A model generated the notes under the pieces. The model was not told the DNA's origin. It did no database searches and saw nothing but the letters and a program-made list of their open reading frames with translations. Shown here piece by piece: positions 35,867 through 49,240 of a DNA stretch of 64,000 nt. The DNA comes from Octopus sinensis (taxonomy: Eukaryota), in contig NC_043003.1 of the NCBI RefSeq assembly GCF_006345805.1, forward strand, positions 56,916,001-56,980,000. Reading direction: 5' to 3'. The first letter of the stretch is position 1, and every line of letters begins with the position of its first letter. Both the position numbers and the translations under genes were made by a program.

Positions 35867-36671
35867 ATATATACATAAATAAATATATATATATGAAGGG
35901 TTATACAACTACACATCTCCATCACATATATATATATATAAGTGTTTGTCATGTATGTTGGCTTGACAGCAATTCAGTAATCATTGCTATATTAGTTTGT
36001 GTTGGTCATGACCTATAGTTACGAAAACTGTGATATTGCAAAGCCCAGGCTTTAAGCGTAATCCCTAGCGGCGCTCGTCTATTGAAGAAGCTTCAGTCGG
36101 AATGTTGAACTGTCAGTATATACAATGTCACTTGTATAATAATAGAATCTGAACTACAACGTTAAAGAAAATGTTATTAAAATCATCAGATGTCAACTGT
36201 ATTTGATTATGTATGATATATTCATCTGTCTGTGATTTTGCTGACGTTGTACACAGTTTCTAAGCTGTGGAATTGTAGGACCAGAATATCCCATGTTCGT
36301 CTAATGCCTACAGCTCTGTGTACACATTATTTTTCTAATAATGTACTTACTGGTTACTTCGGAATAAAATCAATTTTATAATTTGGTTTGGCACTTGTGT
36401 TCCTGTCTTATGCATTGCTTAGAATTTATGCAAACGCTTTTTTCTTGAAAGTCTATTTAGCGTCAAGTTCTGTTTGTGCTTTTCGCATTAGTAACAAAGT
36501 AGGCATGTGTTTTTATATCGGGTTATATATTCAACTCAGTTCAAAAAGGAATAAGCCATTTTCCGCACTCTTTACAACCAGGACAATTTCACCTCTTGTC
36601 TTTATAATTACATTTGGGGTCACTTTAACTGTACAGTGCTTTTCTTCACAAAAGTTTCAACATATTTTGTC

Positions 36672-36737
<66 letters not shown>

Positions 36738-37358
36738 ATATATATATATAGAGAGAGAGAGGGGGGAGAGAGGGAGATAGAGAGAGAGAAAGAGAGAGAG
36801 AGATTAATAGATGATGGACGGACAAACATTCAGACAGACTTTTTCACTCGTAACGGAAATGTAATATTCCCAAATAAAGTGCACTTTCTATTCACCGCTT
36901 CAGTGAAGCTATCAGGTTAACAAGGTACTCATCTAAGAATCCACTGCAACTTATAGCCGAAACAGCTGTAAGCTAATGAAATTCATTACATAACATTTGT
37001 TTTCCGGTGTCTCTATGTTACTTTTTACCACTCTATAGTCATCTAACATTATGTTCTGAAGCATATTTATATTAACTTCTACATCACGTTATTAGTCTCG
37101 CTATAGCTGAGCAAATATTCATGTGTGTCTTTGTGTATGTTTGTGAATGTGTGTGTGTTTGTGTGTGCGCGCGTGCTTTGTGGATTCTCTCATTGGCTTC
37201 GATGCACCAGTGTTTAACAACCAACACAACCGTTAGTCTATGCGCAGTTCATTTGTTTTCAGCGTTGAATGACAGGTGTAGGGCAAGCGACACTATTCAG
37301 AAATGAAGGCTGCCAAAAGATGGTGCAGATCTTTGCCACAACCATATGACGCACATAC

Positions 37359-37412
37359 CTCTGGCTTTTCTATTAGATTTCCCCAGCCCACGTACGTAGG
37401 TTCAATGTACAT
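37359..37412 (-). CDS. Candidate 54-nt exon (MYIEPTYVGWGNLIEKPE)
   Basis: Strong donor CCAGAG|gtatgt, weaker acceptor ggcgctcag|; only one frame is open. Confidence 0.2.
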
Positions 37413-39519
37413 CTGAGCGCCATGCCAGAAATGTTTAAGTTCTTGCACATACATACGTACGTACATAGCTGAACGAATGTATGTATATATATATCTAAGA
37501 GATAGGGACTCTACCCATCCATACACCAAAGAATTCGATGAGTTGCGTTCTGCATATATTTACATTTAATTTCCCTACAAGTTGTTCACAAACACCAACG
37601 TTTCAAATCTTATAACTTTTTCAGTATTCCTTTAAAATCACAGTAATTTCAGGCAGTATAATAATTCATTTCCTAGTTTATTACATCTACCTGATCTTTG
37701 AATTCCCTTATCAAAATCTACCGTGTTCATATTATCCAGGCTAAGTCTACCTTGTGAGAACTTCCTCCTTTACTTTCTACCATACATGAAGGCTACCATA
37801 CATGAAGTGGAGAGCCAAAAATAATTTTTATTTCATTTGAAGCTGGAGGACATTTCTTTTTTTCTCAAGAACATTAAATATTTGGGGCTGAAACATCGAG
37901 TATTTTGTTTGCAGTGTTCAGCATCTTTTCAGTAATACTTCGACATCACAAGTGTTTTTCTACTTCGATTTCTTTGATTCGTGCTTCATCACAGAATGAA
38001 TGTTTCACAGTTAGCTCTTTCTCGATGTTTGCTCAAATTAGTATTCACTACGCTGAGTTTGTTTGTGTTTTTAAGATTACCATTAAGGTTAAACGAGACT
38101 CTAAATTCCTAGAATCCATATCAGCCATCTCGTTATACAGCAAGAAAGTCGTCTTCATATTCAATTTTGATATTTTTTCATGAAATTCTTTTAACTTTCT
38201 TTTTCGAGTAGTTTAGCTGTTTAGTGAATTGTGAAACCTAAATGTAATATTGACACTTGCATTTTTAAAACAATGTTCAGATTTCTTCAAATATTCTTTT
38301 AAATTTCGAAACACATTTTCCATCATTTTATCAAGCCTATAACCATTTAACATGATGGAGTAACATTTTATTTTTAACTTGATAGTGCAACATTTTATTT
38401 TTAACTAAGTAAATGTTTTCGCTTCTATTTTTTTTTTCGTATAACTCAAAAATTCAAAGGTTTTAAACTTTTCAATATAGCGTATCAAGTATATGCACAT
38501 TTACTGGGGCTGAAATTTAACTGATAAGAGTTGCATCATGAATAGGCTAAGTGCTATTAACAAGTTTACAGCAGTTTGTGACTTCATTTCAAACCTGACT
38601 GTTCGTACTTCGGAAAAGGATAAAACAGCGATTAGAATCAATTCGAAACTACATGGTAATAAATTCAATCCCACTCTATCATATTGGTCAAAAGTCTTCA
38701 GTCGTTGTTGCAGAATGAAGAATAATTTTTCAGTAGCGTATGGAAAACGAAAACTGCGCGGAAACCCGTTGTTTAAAAGTTTCTAAAACATATCAATAAT
38801 TTCTCAAAACGTTTGGATTCTCGTCTGTCTAAAAGTGTGTTTGGCGTATACTGTCCTTTCATATTAACACATGTGATTTTTGTAGATATTACAAATGGAT
38901 ATTGAAATTTTGATCATTAGATTTCAGCCCCATCAATCAAATGTCTGTGCTAGTGTGTAGTTATTTTAGATTATTGCTTCTTCTATCGTTAATCGCACTT
39001 TAAAACTAACGGAAGATGCATTGCACGATCGAACGTAACACAGAACACAAAACTTAAATTATAAATTAGGTAGGAAAACAGCACATCACAATCAATACTA
39101 CACTGAATTATTCGTAAAAATCTAAATGAGTTATTACAGGAGCAGTCAATGTAACCGATTACAGTGTTAATATAAGCACAGCGAGATCGTGCTCTAATCA
39201 GAAACAAACATTGTTACATAAAATTGTTACATAAAAAGGCTAACAGCCGAAAATAATAAATAAAATTTCCGGCAGTGATCTCTACAACAATCATATTAAC
39301 CCTCTTACAATTAAGATGAAATTTAAAAAAAAACAGTACCAACTTCACTTCATTCGGAAGATGATGCAGTGCTGATAGACACTATGCTGATGGATTTGAG
39401 AACTTTTTAGTAATGACCTAAGAGCAAGGAAATCTTAGAAGAATATGAAAACAAAAATATTGAGAAAAAGGATAAAATCAGAGGAGGATCATATTTTCAA
39501 TACTATACTTTTCGTGAGA

Positions 39520-39800
39520 TATCAGGAAAATACTTGGGGAAAAAGTGAATGTGGCATGATCCGTATAAACGCTGCCATTCCTACAAGAAACCGCAAGTAG
39601 ATCATTCATGAACAAGAGAAAAAATACAGATGTAAAAAGATCAAACATCCGAGGGCACAGGGTGTGATTTTGTGTGGTATACAATATATACGACAGATCT
39701 GCAATCTAATATGAAACTATCAACCCAATACAAAGATGAAGCATTTCGCAGGTCGCTTTTCCTGGACATTCGTGTTCTCGATATTATCGAAGTCTTTGCG
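39520..39800 (-). pseudogene. Decayed CR1/Jockey-type RT relic (domains 3-5)
   Basis: RKDFD (KAFD-like), YWVDSFI, GIPH (GVPQ-like), and FLLFMNDL..SVYTDHAT (LFLLFINDL..YADD-like). Confidence 0.55.
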
Positions 39801-41236
39801 GATGACAATTCTCCATAGGTTTTATATATATATGAACTTTAGGTTAGTTAAAATATGTTTGTTGCATATTTCAATTTCTAAAAGTAAAAACACATCAGTT
39901 ACCTTAGGGAAAATTATCCGTCCAATGCTGTTCCCTAACGGATTCCCAGGCGCAACTTTTCTAGATATTTAGCCGTATTCAATGGGAAATATAGAAGAGA
40001 TGTAACTCTGGGCAGGATTAAAGTCGTAGCCTTAACTAAAACAAAGTCAACATTGATTGAGTAGCGCCATTAGACCGCCAGGGCGGGTGAAATTTAGCAG
40101 TATCAATGCCATGTAATGTTTAGGCATAAGCGACTTTTAGGAGAGTTGAAATATATTTGAGACATATTTAAATTTTTAAAGACAGACTCACTGCATTACC
40201 GTGGAGAGAAAAGTTCTCTTTTGTGATTGAAGACGAATAGAAAACGTATTTATTTAACCTAAATTTCGCTTTTGTCTAAACAGTTTTGGAGCTGAGACTG
40301 CTGAATTTCTCTCGACCTGGCAGTCTAATAGCACAACTCAGTCAATATTGTTGAAAATTACCAGTATTAACAAAAATGTTCCTCATCGAAGCTCTACCCG
40401 CAAGTAAAAGCTAAGAAATTTCACTGGAAAGTTCTAATAACCCACTCCCTCAAAATGAGAAAACTAAACAAGCTTGTGCTAGATACAGAAAAAGGTACTC
40501 TGACAGGTGAGACACTGCTCGATTGAACCAAAAGCGGCAAGGTAATTGAAATCCAATACGCAATTCTACAGGGACATGGGGTGAAATTCAGTATGGAGAG
40601 AGAGGGAGACAGAGAGAGAGAGAGATAGAGAGAGAGAGAAAGAAAGAGCCAGAATGAGAGAGAGAAAAGGAGAGGAAGAGAGTGAGGAAGAGAAGGAGAG
40701 AGGAACTGATAGCCAGAGACAGATGGCAGATAATTTGTCTTCCATATTAACAGGTAATAGTTGAGAAATCACTTAGGCCCACTAACTGCGATGTTTGCTG
40801 AAATGTGAATATGCTGTAAGCTTTTTGTAAATTTTTCGAAGTGTATTTAGAGTGCAAAATTATCGAGTGCACATTCCAGACAGTTAAGTAGACACATTTT
40901 GGTACTAATATTACCCGAAGAAAATATTTCACAGTAATTCAACCATACTTTTATATATGCAGGGGTACATCGCTTCTATATGATATCTTCCTTTAATCTT
41001 TTATAAGATGATAAATATTGATGGTGCACCGGAAGTACAAAAAAAAAGAATCTTTTTCTGCCAATGTCAACTGATAATCACGTATAAATCCTCTTCAGTC
41101 AATGATTGAAAAACTGGTGAAAAGATGTGACAACAATGTTCTGATTAATATGACTTTTTTATGGACTTCTGTTAAAGTATAGCTTCTGGTGGAAATATCA
41201 ATGCATACTGTAAAATATTTTTCATGTCTATCTAGC

Positions 41237-41276
<40 letters not shown>

Positions 41277-41386
41277 ATGTCTGTGTGTCTGTGTGTCTGT
41301 GTGTGTGTGTGCGTGTGTGTGTGTGTATATATATATACATATATATAAATGTATATATATATACATTTATATATATGTATACATAC

Positions 41387-41421
<35 letters not shown>

Positions 41422-42404
41422 CATACATATATATATATATGAATACATATGCATATATATAGGTAAACATATATATATATATATATATATAATATATATA
41501 TATGTATGTATGTATACATATATGTGTGTTTGTATATATATACATTTATATATATATGTATACACACACACACACATATATATATATGCACGCACACATA
41601 CACACACACAAATGTGCATACACGCGGACACATTTTCGGTTTTAGTTAATGATTCACCCTGTGGTCAGGCGCTTTACTTCAAAACTAAGTAACATTGGCA
41701 CAAGGCCACGACTCTCTTACTAAGATCTAGTCGATTATACCTGCCAATGACTTTGTTTTTCTAACGTGAAAGGATGAAAGATGAAGAGTTCGGCACGATT
41801 TGAACTTTTGACAAGATGCACCAAAATACTACGAGGTATTCAGTAAGACTCTCTAAGGATTCTGCAATCCATAACACTTGTTAAGTAATTGCAGCTTTCT
41901 ATTTTGAATATAAAAGTGGTTCTGACTTCGGTGCAGTAACTTTTATAATGGGAAGCTACTGTTTATCTAGGACTTCCCGCCAAAAGTTATCCGTTCGACC
42001 TTTAGAGTTGTACATTATGCGATTTGCATTTGAAATGTCTGCGAGTTGTATGCTATTCGTCGAAATTTGCTATGATAGTATTATTGCTTTCATTCTCAAT
42101 CGTCTACATCTGTAGAGTATTCTACAAAAATTGAAACACTTGTTGTTGGTGTTATTCTTTTTTTTAGAGGTGAATTAAGATCACTTCTATTGGGGAGAGA
42201 GTACACCAGAAAAAAGTCCACAGAAAATTAAGAGATATTTAAATGGACTTGTAGAGCAAATTAGTGATGAATATATATACAAACACAACTCTACACCTTC
42301 ACTAGACTGTATTGCTATTGAAAGTACACATATTAATCGCCAAATATAATATATCAATTAAAAACAAACCAGCTGCACACAATAGTACAAATCATCCTTT
42401 CTAC

Positions 42405-42607
42405 TATCGGCACAAGGCCTGCAATCATGGGGAAGGGTGCGCCTTGGTTATATCGACCCCAATGAATAACTAGTACTTATTTCATCGATCCTGAAAGGAT
42501 GAATGACATAGCTGACCTCGACGGAATTTGAACACAGTACGTGAGGAAGAACGAAAGGCCGCTAAGTATTTGCCTTGCATGCTAACGATTCTGACAGCTA
42601 ACTGCTT
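42405..42607 (-). mobile_element. Family-A SINE
   Basis: TATATCGACCCCAATG..GATCCTGAAAGGATGAATG..GACCTCGACGGAATTTGAAC..GCTAACGATTCTGACAGCT. Confidence 0.8.
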
Positions 42608-42618
42608 AAAGTGTGGTT

Positions 42619-42737
42619 TGCTTACAGTTCCTAGGCTTCCCAAGTGGTCACCCATCTAAATACTTACTAAGCTAGACGTTGCTTAACTTTGGTGATCGGA
42701 TGAGAAACAGTGTATTCAACGTGAAACGGCCATAAGC
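42619..42737 (-). pseudogene. Full-length (119-nt) 5S rRNA pseudogene
   Basis: GCTTATGGCC..TCTCATCCGATCACCAAAGTTAAGCAACGT..TAGATGGGTGACCACTTGGGAAG..CTGTAAGC is colinear with metazoan 5S. Helix I pairs; there are several CpG-type transitions and no oligo-T terminator. Confidence 0.92.
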
Positions 42738-42906
42738 GACGTTTTATTATTTGTACACATCTCTTAAAAGGGAACGCAATTTTCGTCCAACCAAACCATA
42801 AGTAAACACTAGAAATATATTACAAAAACAATACGGTTAAAACTTCACCTTTAACAACACATCTCATGCATACAGACTCTAAAAGAATCTAAAAAGGACT
42901 GATATA

Positions 42907-43030
42907 ATGTATAATTTGGTTAGTAAAAGTAAGTTGCAAACTTCAAGTTTCAACTCTTACATTGGTCAGACAAGTACAACCCTCACTCACAGACTAACCA
43001 TGCATTTAAAACAAGAAACACATCCAATGC
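42907..43030 (+). pseudogene. Penelope-like element GIY-YIG endonuclease relic
   Basis: VYNL...SYIGQTSTTLTHRLTMHL (VY..YIGQT...RLxxH motif). Confidence 0.7.
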
Positions 43031-43658
43031 ATTCCACCACACTTCCTAAAACAGCTTGGAAAACTGTTGTATTGGAATATATGTGTGTGTATGTGTGCAT
43101 GTGTGCGTGCGTGTCTGTGTGTGGCTGTGTCATAATTCTTTTTTATTAAATATGTTCATATATCCGAGATCCGAGCCTCAGGCACTTATTTTTTGTGAGG
43201 AACAATAATACCATACTTCAAGTTTAAGTGATTTGGGCTTCGGTCATCTCATTTTTACAATGAGTAGCTTATGAATATGTACCAGTGAACGTGTTGTGCT
43301 TCATCAGATTTTAATTAGTAAGGTGTGTAGTTTGTATGTTAATCGTAGCATTGTTTCTATAACCACTGCTCTATTATCTATGGAGTATTGTATGAAGTAT
43401 GGAAATATTTTCTGTCAGTGTTTTTGATATGACGTACAACTCATCATACTGTTATATCTGAACTAGTATAATATCAAACGTCTCTTATTACTTTCCATCT
43501 GTGTGTTGCGTATATGTACACCCCCATAATTAGCTAAGTGAACTATACTAGTTAGTTTAAATGAGCATGTGCTGAACAGTCTGGGAAGAGTGTCAAAAGC
43601 GCAGCCATATTGTACAGGTCGTAGGAATTATTGAATAGAAATATCGTGGAGTGCTAAG

Positions 43659-43731
<73 letters not shown>

Positions 43732-44234
43732 TGTGTACGGGGAGAGAGAAGGTGAGAAATTAGAAGGATAGAAAAGAAGGAAGTTGTTCAAAATATTCTG
43801 ATCTATATAACCTCGTTTTTAATGAGAATCAAAACTGGATTCTTTCACAAACAAAGCTGAACACTTGTACGCCTTAAAAACCTTTTTTAGGTTTACAGTC
43901 ATTAAAACGTATTACTCTGAAATTTCTAAAGTGATCATCTAAGATACATAGTAGAAGGCATATATGATAAAGAAATACATTTGTGTGTGTATGTGTGCGT
44001 GTGTGTGTGTGTGCGTATGTGTGCATACATATAGATATATTTTTACACGTTAACATTTATGCCTAAGGGATTTTCAGGTGCAATCTCAATTACATTGCAA
44101 CCATCCGTGTTACTGCTCTGCAATCATCTTATTGTATCTCTTTGTAATAACAAAGGATTTACTTTATATATAAGTATGTATGTATGTACGTATGTATGTA
44201 TGCATGTATGTGTATATATATGTATATATGTAAA

Positions 44235-44533
44235 GACTGACCATAAGATTGCGCCTAGGACGTTCCCTTCCAAGGCACAAATCCGAGTAAGGTTGTATAT
44301 GGAAGACCAACATATCAACTCTGCCTCTCCACGCCACTGATGCTATCCAGAGAAAAGGCAAAGGCCAACATAGCTTAGTAGTTGTGACTTCGTATCTCAT
44401 TTTCACAGCTGAGTGAACTGGAGCAACGTGAAATGAAGTGTCTTGCTTAAGAACACAACGCACATCCAGAAATCGAAATCACTACCCATGTTTGAGAGCT
44501 CGACGATCTAACCACTGAAATATGCGACTTCAC
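44235..44533 (-). mobile_element. Near full-length family-D SINE
   Basis: CAGCTGAGTGAACTGGAGCAACGTGAAATGAAGTGTCTTGCTTAAGAACACAAC..CTAACCACTGAAATATGCGACTTCAC. Confidence 0.8.
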
Positions 44534-45386
44534 TATGATCCCTATGCTCTACGCAGTGTGTATGTTTGTATGTGTGTGTACGCGCACACACATGTTTATA
44601 AACGCTGATACATACCCTCATACATATGGATGTATAAACTTGCATACCGAATAATGCATTGCATTCAGCAGCAAACCGCAAGGGGAAAATGATAGTCTCT
44701 TAGCTATCTTAATCGAAAACCTTGAGGGCCTTTTTCTAACCTCCTTAAATTGGAATATATCGAAGTTTTAAAACCACCTGTATCGATGGAAAAAACCTCT
44801 AATGCAGTAACTTACAAATTCAGATTCACAGCCTAAAGAACGTATGCCTGTCTGTGTGTTTGTGTGTGTGTATGTTTGTGTGCTAATCCAGTACTCTAAT
44901 GTATATGACTAATAACATAAACGCACTATGGTGTTTTAAAAGTCACATGTCTTTATACGATACGGTTTGATAATTTAAAATCTATACAATATTTATATTT
45001 ATGAGCTGTTCCAATGAAATAATATCATACCAACAGAGATTTAACAACACATCTATTTTACATCTGACTGAAAATTTCCGACTATCTCTACCGTATGTAA
45101 TGCATCTATCCACATATAAACAAAAGAATATGTATATAATTCGTTTGTTTCAATATAAATGTAGGATACGAAATTGCCTGCGTGAAAACCGACAATTCAG
45201 CGCACAAAACCTACTATCAGCAACTTAAATCTGATAACTCTCAACTTGCTTCTCTCGTAATTTGTCATTGATTTTAGATTTTCTCCCATTTGTAATGCGA
45301 ATATAACTCTAATTCTCTTTCTTTGTCTGTCTGTTTCTCCTTCTGTCTCTCTCTCGTTATGTATATATATATTCATACAAACAATA

Positions 45387-45427
<41 letters not shown>

Positions 45428-45430
45428 TAG

Positions 45431-45487
<57 letters not shown>

Positions 45488-45558
45488 GATAGATAGGTAG
45501 ATTGATAGATGGATATATCGACAGATAGATAGATAGATAGATAGATAAATAGATCGAC

Positions 45559-45650
<92 letters not shown>
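45431..45650. repeat. (GATA)n microsatellite
   Basis: Direct reading. Confidence 0.97.
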
Positions 45651-45651
<1 letters not shown>

Positions 45652-46039
45652 TGTGTGAGCAGAAGGTTGAAAAGGAACACACGAGTTGATATGTATAGGG
45701 AAAATAAGACAAGGTAAAAAATGCTAAAATAATTTTATCATGAAGAACATTTTAGTACTGGTTTCCGTCATTGCGATTTTTTTCAACTTAGAGTAAAACA
45801 TGAAAAACAATTAAATTATGGAACAATTTAATTAATTTTTTTTTATATCTCCATAGTTTTCAAATGCAAGGGACATTTTCCTCTTCCTGCCTGTCTCTGT
45901 CTCTCGTTTTTACTCTTGTCCTAGGTAGCATGTAGTAGCAGTCGTAATATTTGATATGAGTTCTTGGTTTTGATTGTTTAAGCAGAAGTAGTGGTTGAAG
46001 AGGGAAGCGGCAGCGGCGGGGTTGGAGGAGGAGGGGGAG

Positions 46040-46084
46040 GAGAAGAAGAAGAAGAAGAAGAAGAAGAAGAAGAAGAAGAAGAAG
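46040..46084. repeat. (GAA)n microsatellite following a GC-rich purine stretch
   Basis: Direct reading. Confidence 0.95.
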
Positions 46085-46255
46085 ACAACCATGGAAATAT
46101 TTCATTTAGTTTTTCCACAATTTAATTGCTTTTCATGAAACCAGTGCTAAAAATGTTCTTCCCGATGTAATTATTTCAGCATTTTCTACCTTATCTTATT
46201 TTCCTTATATATATATATATACATGTATGAGATCGGATCACTGAGTATCCGGACT

Positions 46256-46269
46256 GTTGCCATGGTAAC
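46256..46269. promoter_or_regulatory. Consensus RFX X-box GTTGCCATGGTAAC
   Basis: Exact match to GTYNCYATRGNAAC, in unique sequence. Confidence 0.6.
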
Positions 46270-46418
46270 GAAGTGAAACCGCTGGGCACAGATGAAGCAT
46301 GAACACTGCTGTGTAATTGCACTAGGATTTAACGTTCTAGTTCACTTCTGTTTTTTACAACAGTGCTTGGAAGGAACGTGTGTAGCGTGTGATCATCCCA
46401 TTAACCATGACAAATAAA

Positions 46419-46432
46419 GTTGTCATGGTGAC
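46419..46432. promoter_or_regulatory. Second X-box-like site GTTGTCATGGTGAC
   Basis: Near-consensus; part of a perfect 10-bp inverted repeat ACCATGACAA-ATAAAG-TTGTCATGGT (46404-46429). Confidence 0.45.
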
Positions 46433-47740
46433 ACCTGCTCGTTATTATTATAGTAAATATAATACGTATTTCTCTATGGGTAATGGGTGCCATATTTATC
46501 ACGTCAGTTTTCAGTATAAATGCTAAATTAAACTTTTTTCGCCGGCAGATATTCATGTTTTTTTAAATTTATTCTAAACAATATTGATATACGTCTTTTA
46601 TTAACTTTATACACTAACACGTATTTCCATTTATTTACATTCTCCATAATGAATTAAACATGTTCAGATTAATACTCTATTTGAATTTTTTTATTCGTAA
46701 CTTTTAATACTATTAATGTCTTTAACTTAGGGATTACATTACAGGTTTTGTTTCTTTATATATATATATATTTTTATTCCTTATTATTTTCCAATAATTA
46801 TTTTATTATCATATATTCCTTATCATAGTATGAGCTAAGTTAAAATTTTAGTTTTTAGGTTTTTTAGGAATTTGGTCTCAGGAGTGACTGCTTTTAGGAG
46901 TAAAATCATTTTCCCGTTCTAATGAACTTGGATATGGTTTCTTATATGATTTTGTATAGTCTCAATTCAGCCACGAAACGCGTGTAGTAAATGTACAAGC
47001 ACTTACTTTTATACATTGTATTATTGTATTAATTTTTATTGTTCAATTTATACTTTATTTGATTTTAGATTAATATTTTTATGATGAATGTTTATTTACA
47101 TGGTATTCGCTGTTATTTTTAAAAAGTATTTGCTTTTATATATTATATGACTGTAATAATCTTACTGTTCAATATTTTATATTATTAAAATTTTAGATTA
47201 GTATGTTGTATGGTATATGTCTTACAGCATGGTTTTTTGGACGGGTTCTTCATTGACTGATTTGTGGAATGGTGGTTCGTCTATAAATTAGTTATATATA
47301 TATAATATATATACACTTATACATATATATATTTATATATATGCATATATATATATGTATTTATATATATATATTTATGTTTGAGTGTTAATGCGTTTGT
47401 GTGAATAAGAGAGAGAGGGAGAGAAAGTGTGTGTGTGTGCGCTCGTGTATGTGTTTGTTTTCATGTGGAATTTGAATGTGCGTATGTATGGATTCAAAAT
47501 TTCTGGAAACCAGAATTTGAAAACTGAATAAAGATAGTTTTTGTTTTCTTTTATACGACGCTTCTCTTCTTTGCTGCTTAGAGGTTCTTGCTCTCAACCG
47601 CTCCTCGGAAGAAATTGTTTAAAAAATTTTATTTAATATATTATGAAGCATTATATTTCTTAAACATTTCAGGAATTCCAGAAACGAGTGAATGATAAAC
47701 CAGACATTTTCTAATAAACACACACACACACACACACACC

Positions 47741-47778
<38 letters not shown>

Positions 47779-48467
47779 GGTTTGCAGATAAAGTACATAT
47801 ATTATATATTACGAGAAATAAGGTACTCAGAAATCTGGACAGTTTTATGTTTACAGATATTATTAATATGTCACATGTTTTATAAATCATATTTATCATA
47901 TATTAGCGCTTGCGTCCACTCTAGTGGAGTCGTGAGATTGAACGTTTTCAGGAATTTTGTCTCTTTTTATAGTATTATTAGGTGTGTAGGGGTGAAGAAA
48001 GATATACGTTAGTACTAGAGGGTGAGGAATAGGGAGAAATTGTGATCCTTAAAACCTCAGACACCATGATCGTTCCCCTCATTACTAAGTAAGTGCCTCT
48101 TGTTTTTTATCTATTTTTTCGGTTCTGTACCTGTATAAAAATGAGAATTTTTAATGGTTATGCATGAGGAGATTGGAATGTATGAAAACATTATTTATGT
48201 TCTAAAGTTGTTGTATACAACGTTTCCTGCTGTTTGACAGAGGTATATAATGAGACGAATCGGTTATTACTCTCACGAAGTATGAAGGTGGGTAATGTAA
48301 ATACATTTACCAGAAGCTACTATCTCAAACTTCAATGAATTCTATGTATAAATTTCTGTTCAGAGCAAGTTTGAAAATGGTAATATTTTAGATATAACAT
48401 TACGCTTAGATGCTATTAATTTTTCATCTCATCATAAACCTGCTGATAGGTTCCGTCTATATGCATA

Positions 48468-48582
48468 CGAAGAGCGTAGGTCCGAAACGTAAAAGACTTT
48501 CTCACTTCCCGAGCGTTAAATTTATATATCTGCTTGTTGTTTACACACCCGTCTTCGTATTTTGTTTTTTGTAAATTCTCAC
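48468..48582 (+). mobile_element. 5'-truncated copy of the hammerhead-like repeat family
   Basis: CGAAGAGCGTAGGTCCGAAACGTAAAAGACTTTCTCACTTCCCGAGCG.., ending next to (TA)n. Confidence 0.75.
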
Positions 48583-48879
48583 TATATACATATACAAATA
48601 CATAAATACATAGATGCATATATATATATATATATATATATGGTATCTAATAATCATTCATGATATTTCCTCGCAGTTTCCTCTCCAATATTAGCAGAAA
48701 TATATTTATCTTCCGATACAGATGCTTTTACAAAAATTTCATATATAACAATATCACATTTCTTTATTAAATGATTTAATCGTAGCAGGTTTTTCTATAG
48801 AATACAATAAATATAACAGCCCTAAAGCTTACAAACGTAGAAATAGAAACAGGAAAATTTAGTGATATTATCAAACCTT

Positions 48880-49240
48880 CAATGTTCGATGCTGGAATGA
48901 ATGACGAAAGAGTTTCATAAGAAAGTCCCAGTTCATTTTTAAGAAGTCATAGGTATTAAAAGGTTATTTGTAGAAATTTTGTTAAATTCTGTTTTTCCTG
49001 TTGCCAAAATATCACCACTTCATTAATATAACAAATAAAAATTTCTTGTGATAGAAGAGCCAAAAATAGGAGTAATTTCTGGAAAAATCGTACCAACTCA
49101 GATTATTCAGATCTGTCTCGCCATTTGGTATATCGTGACAATAGGTAATATATTTAAGATATGCTTTTATTTGCACATCCAACCGCCGGTGTTCAACCGA
49201 ATCAATAGATATGCTACTGGATTTTCGGAACATATTTGGG
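48880..49240 (-). pseudogene. Decayed Tc1/mariner-like transposase relic
   Basis: CSENP (WSxENP-like) and FNTYDF..WDFL (LNPxDFFLWGxL-like) in the correct order. Confidence 0.4.

Noticed and set aside
38100-38370. Buster/SPIN-type hAT transposase relic (LLHHVKWL..GKC), minus strand
   Set aside because: A single motif among many stops; no ends identified.
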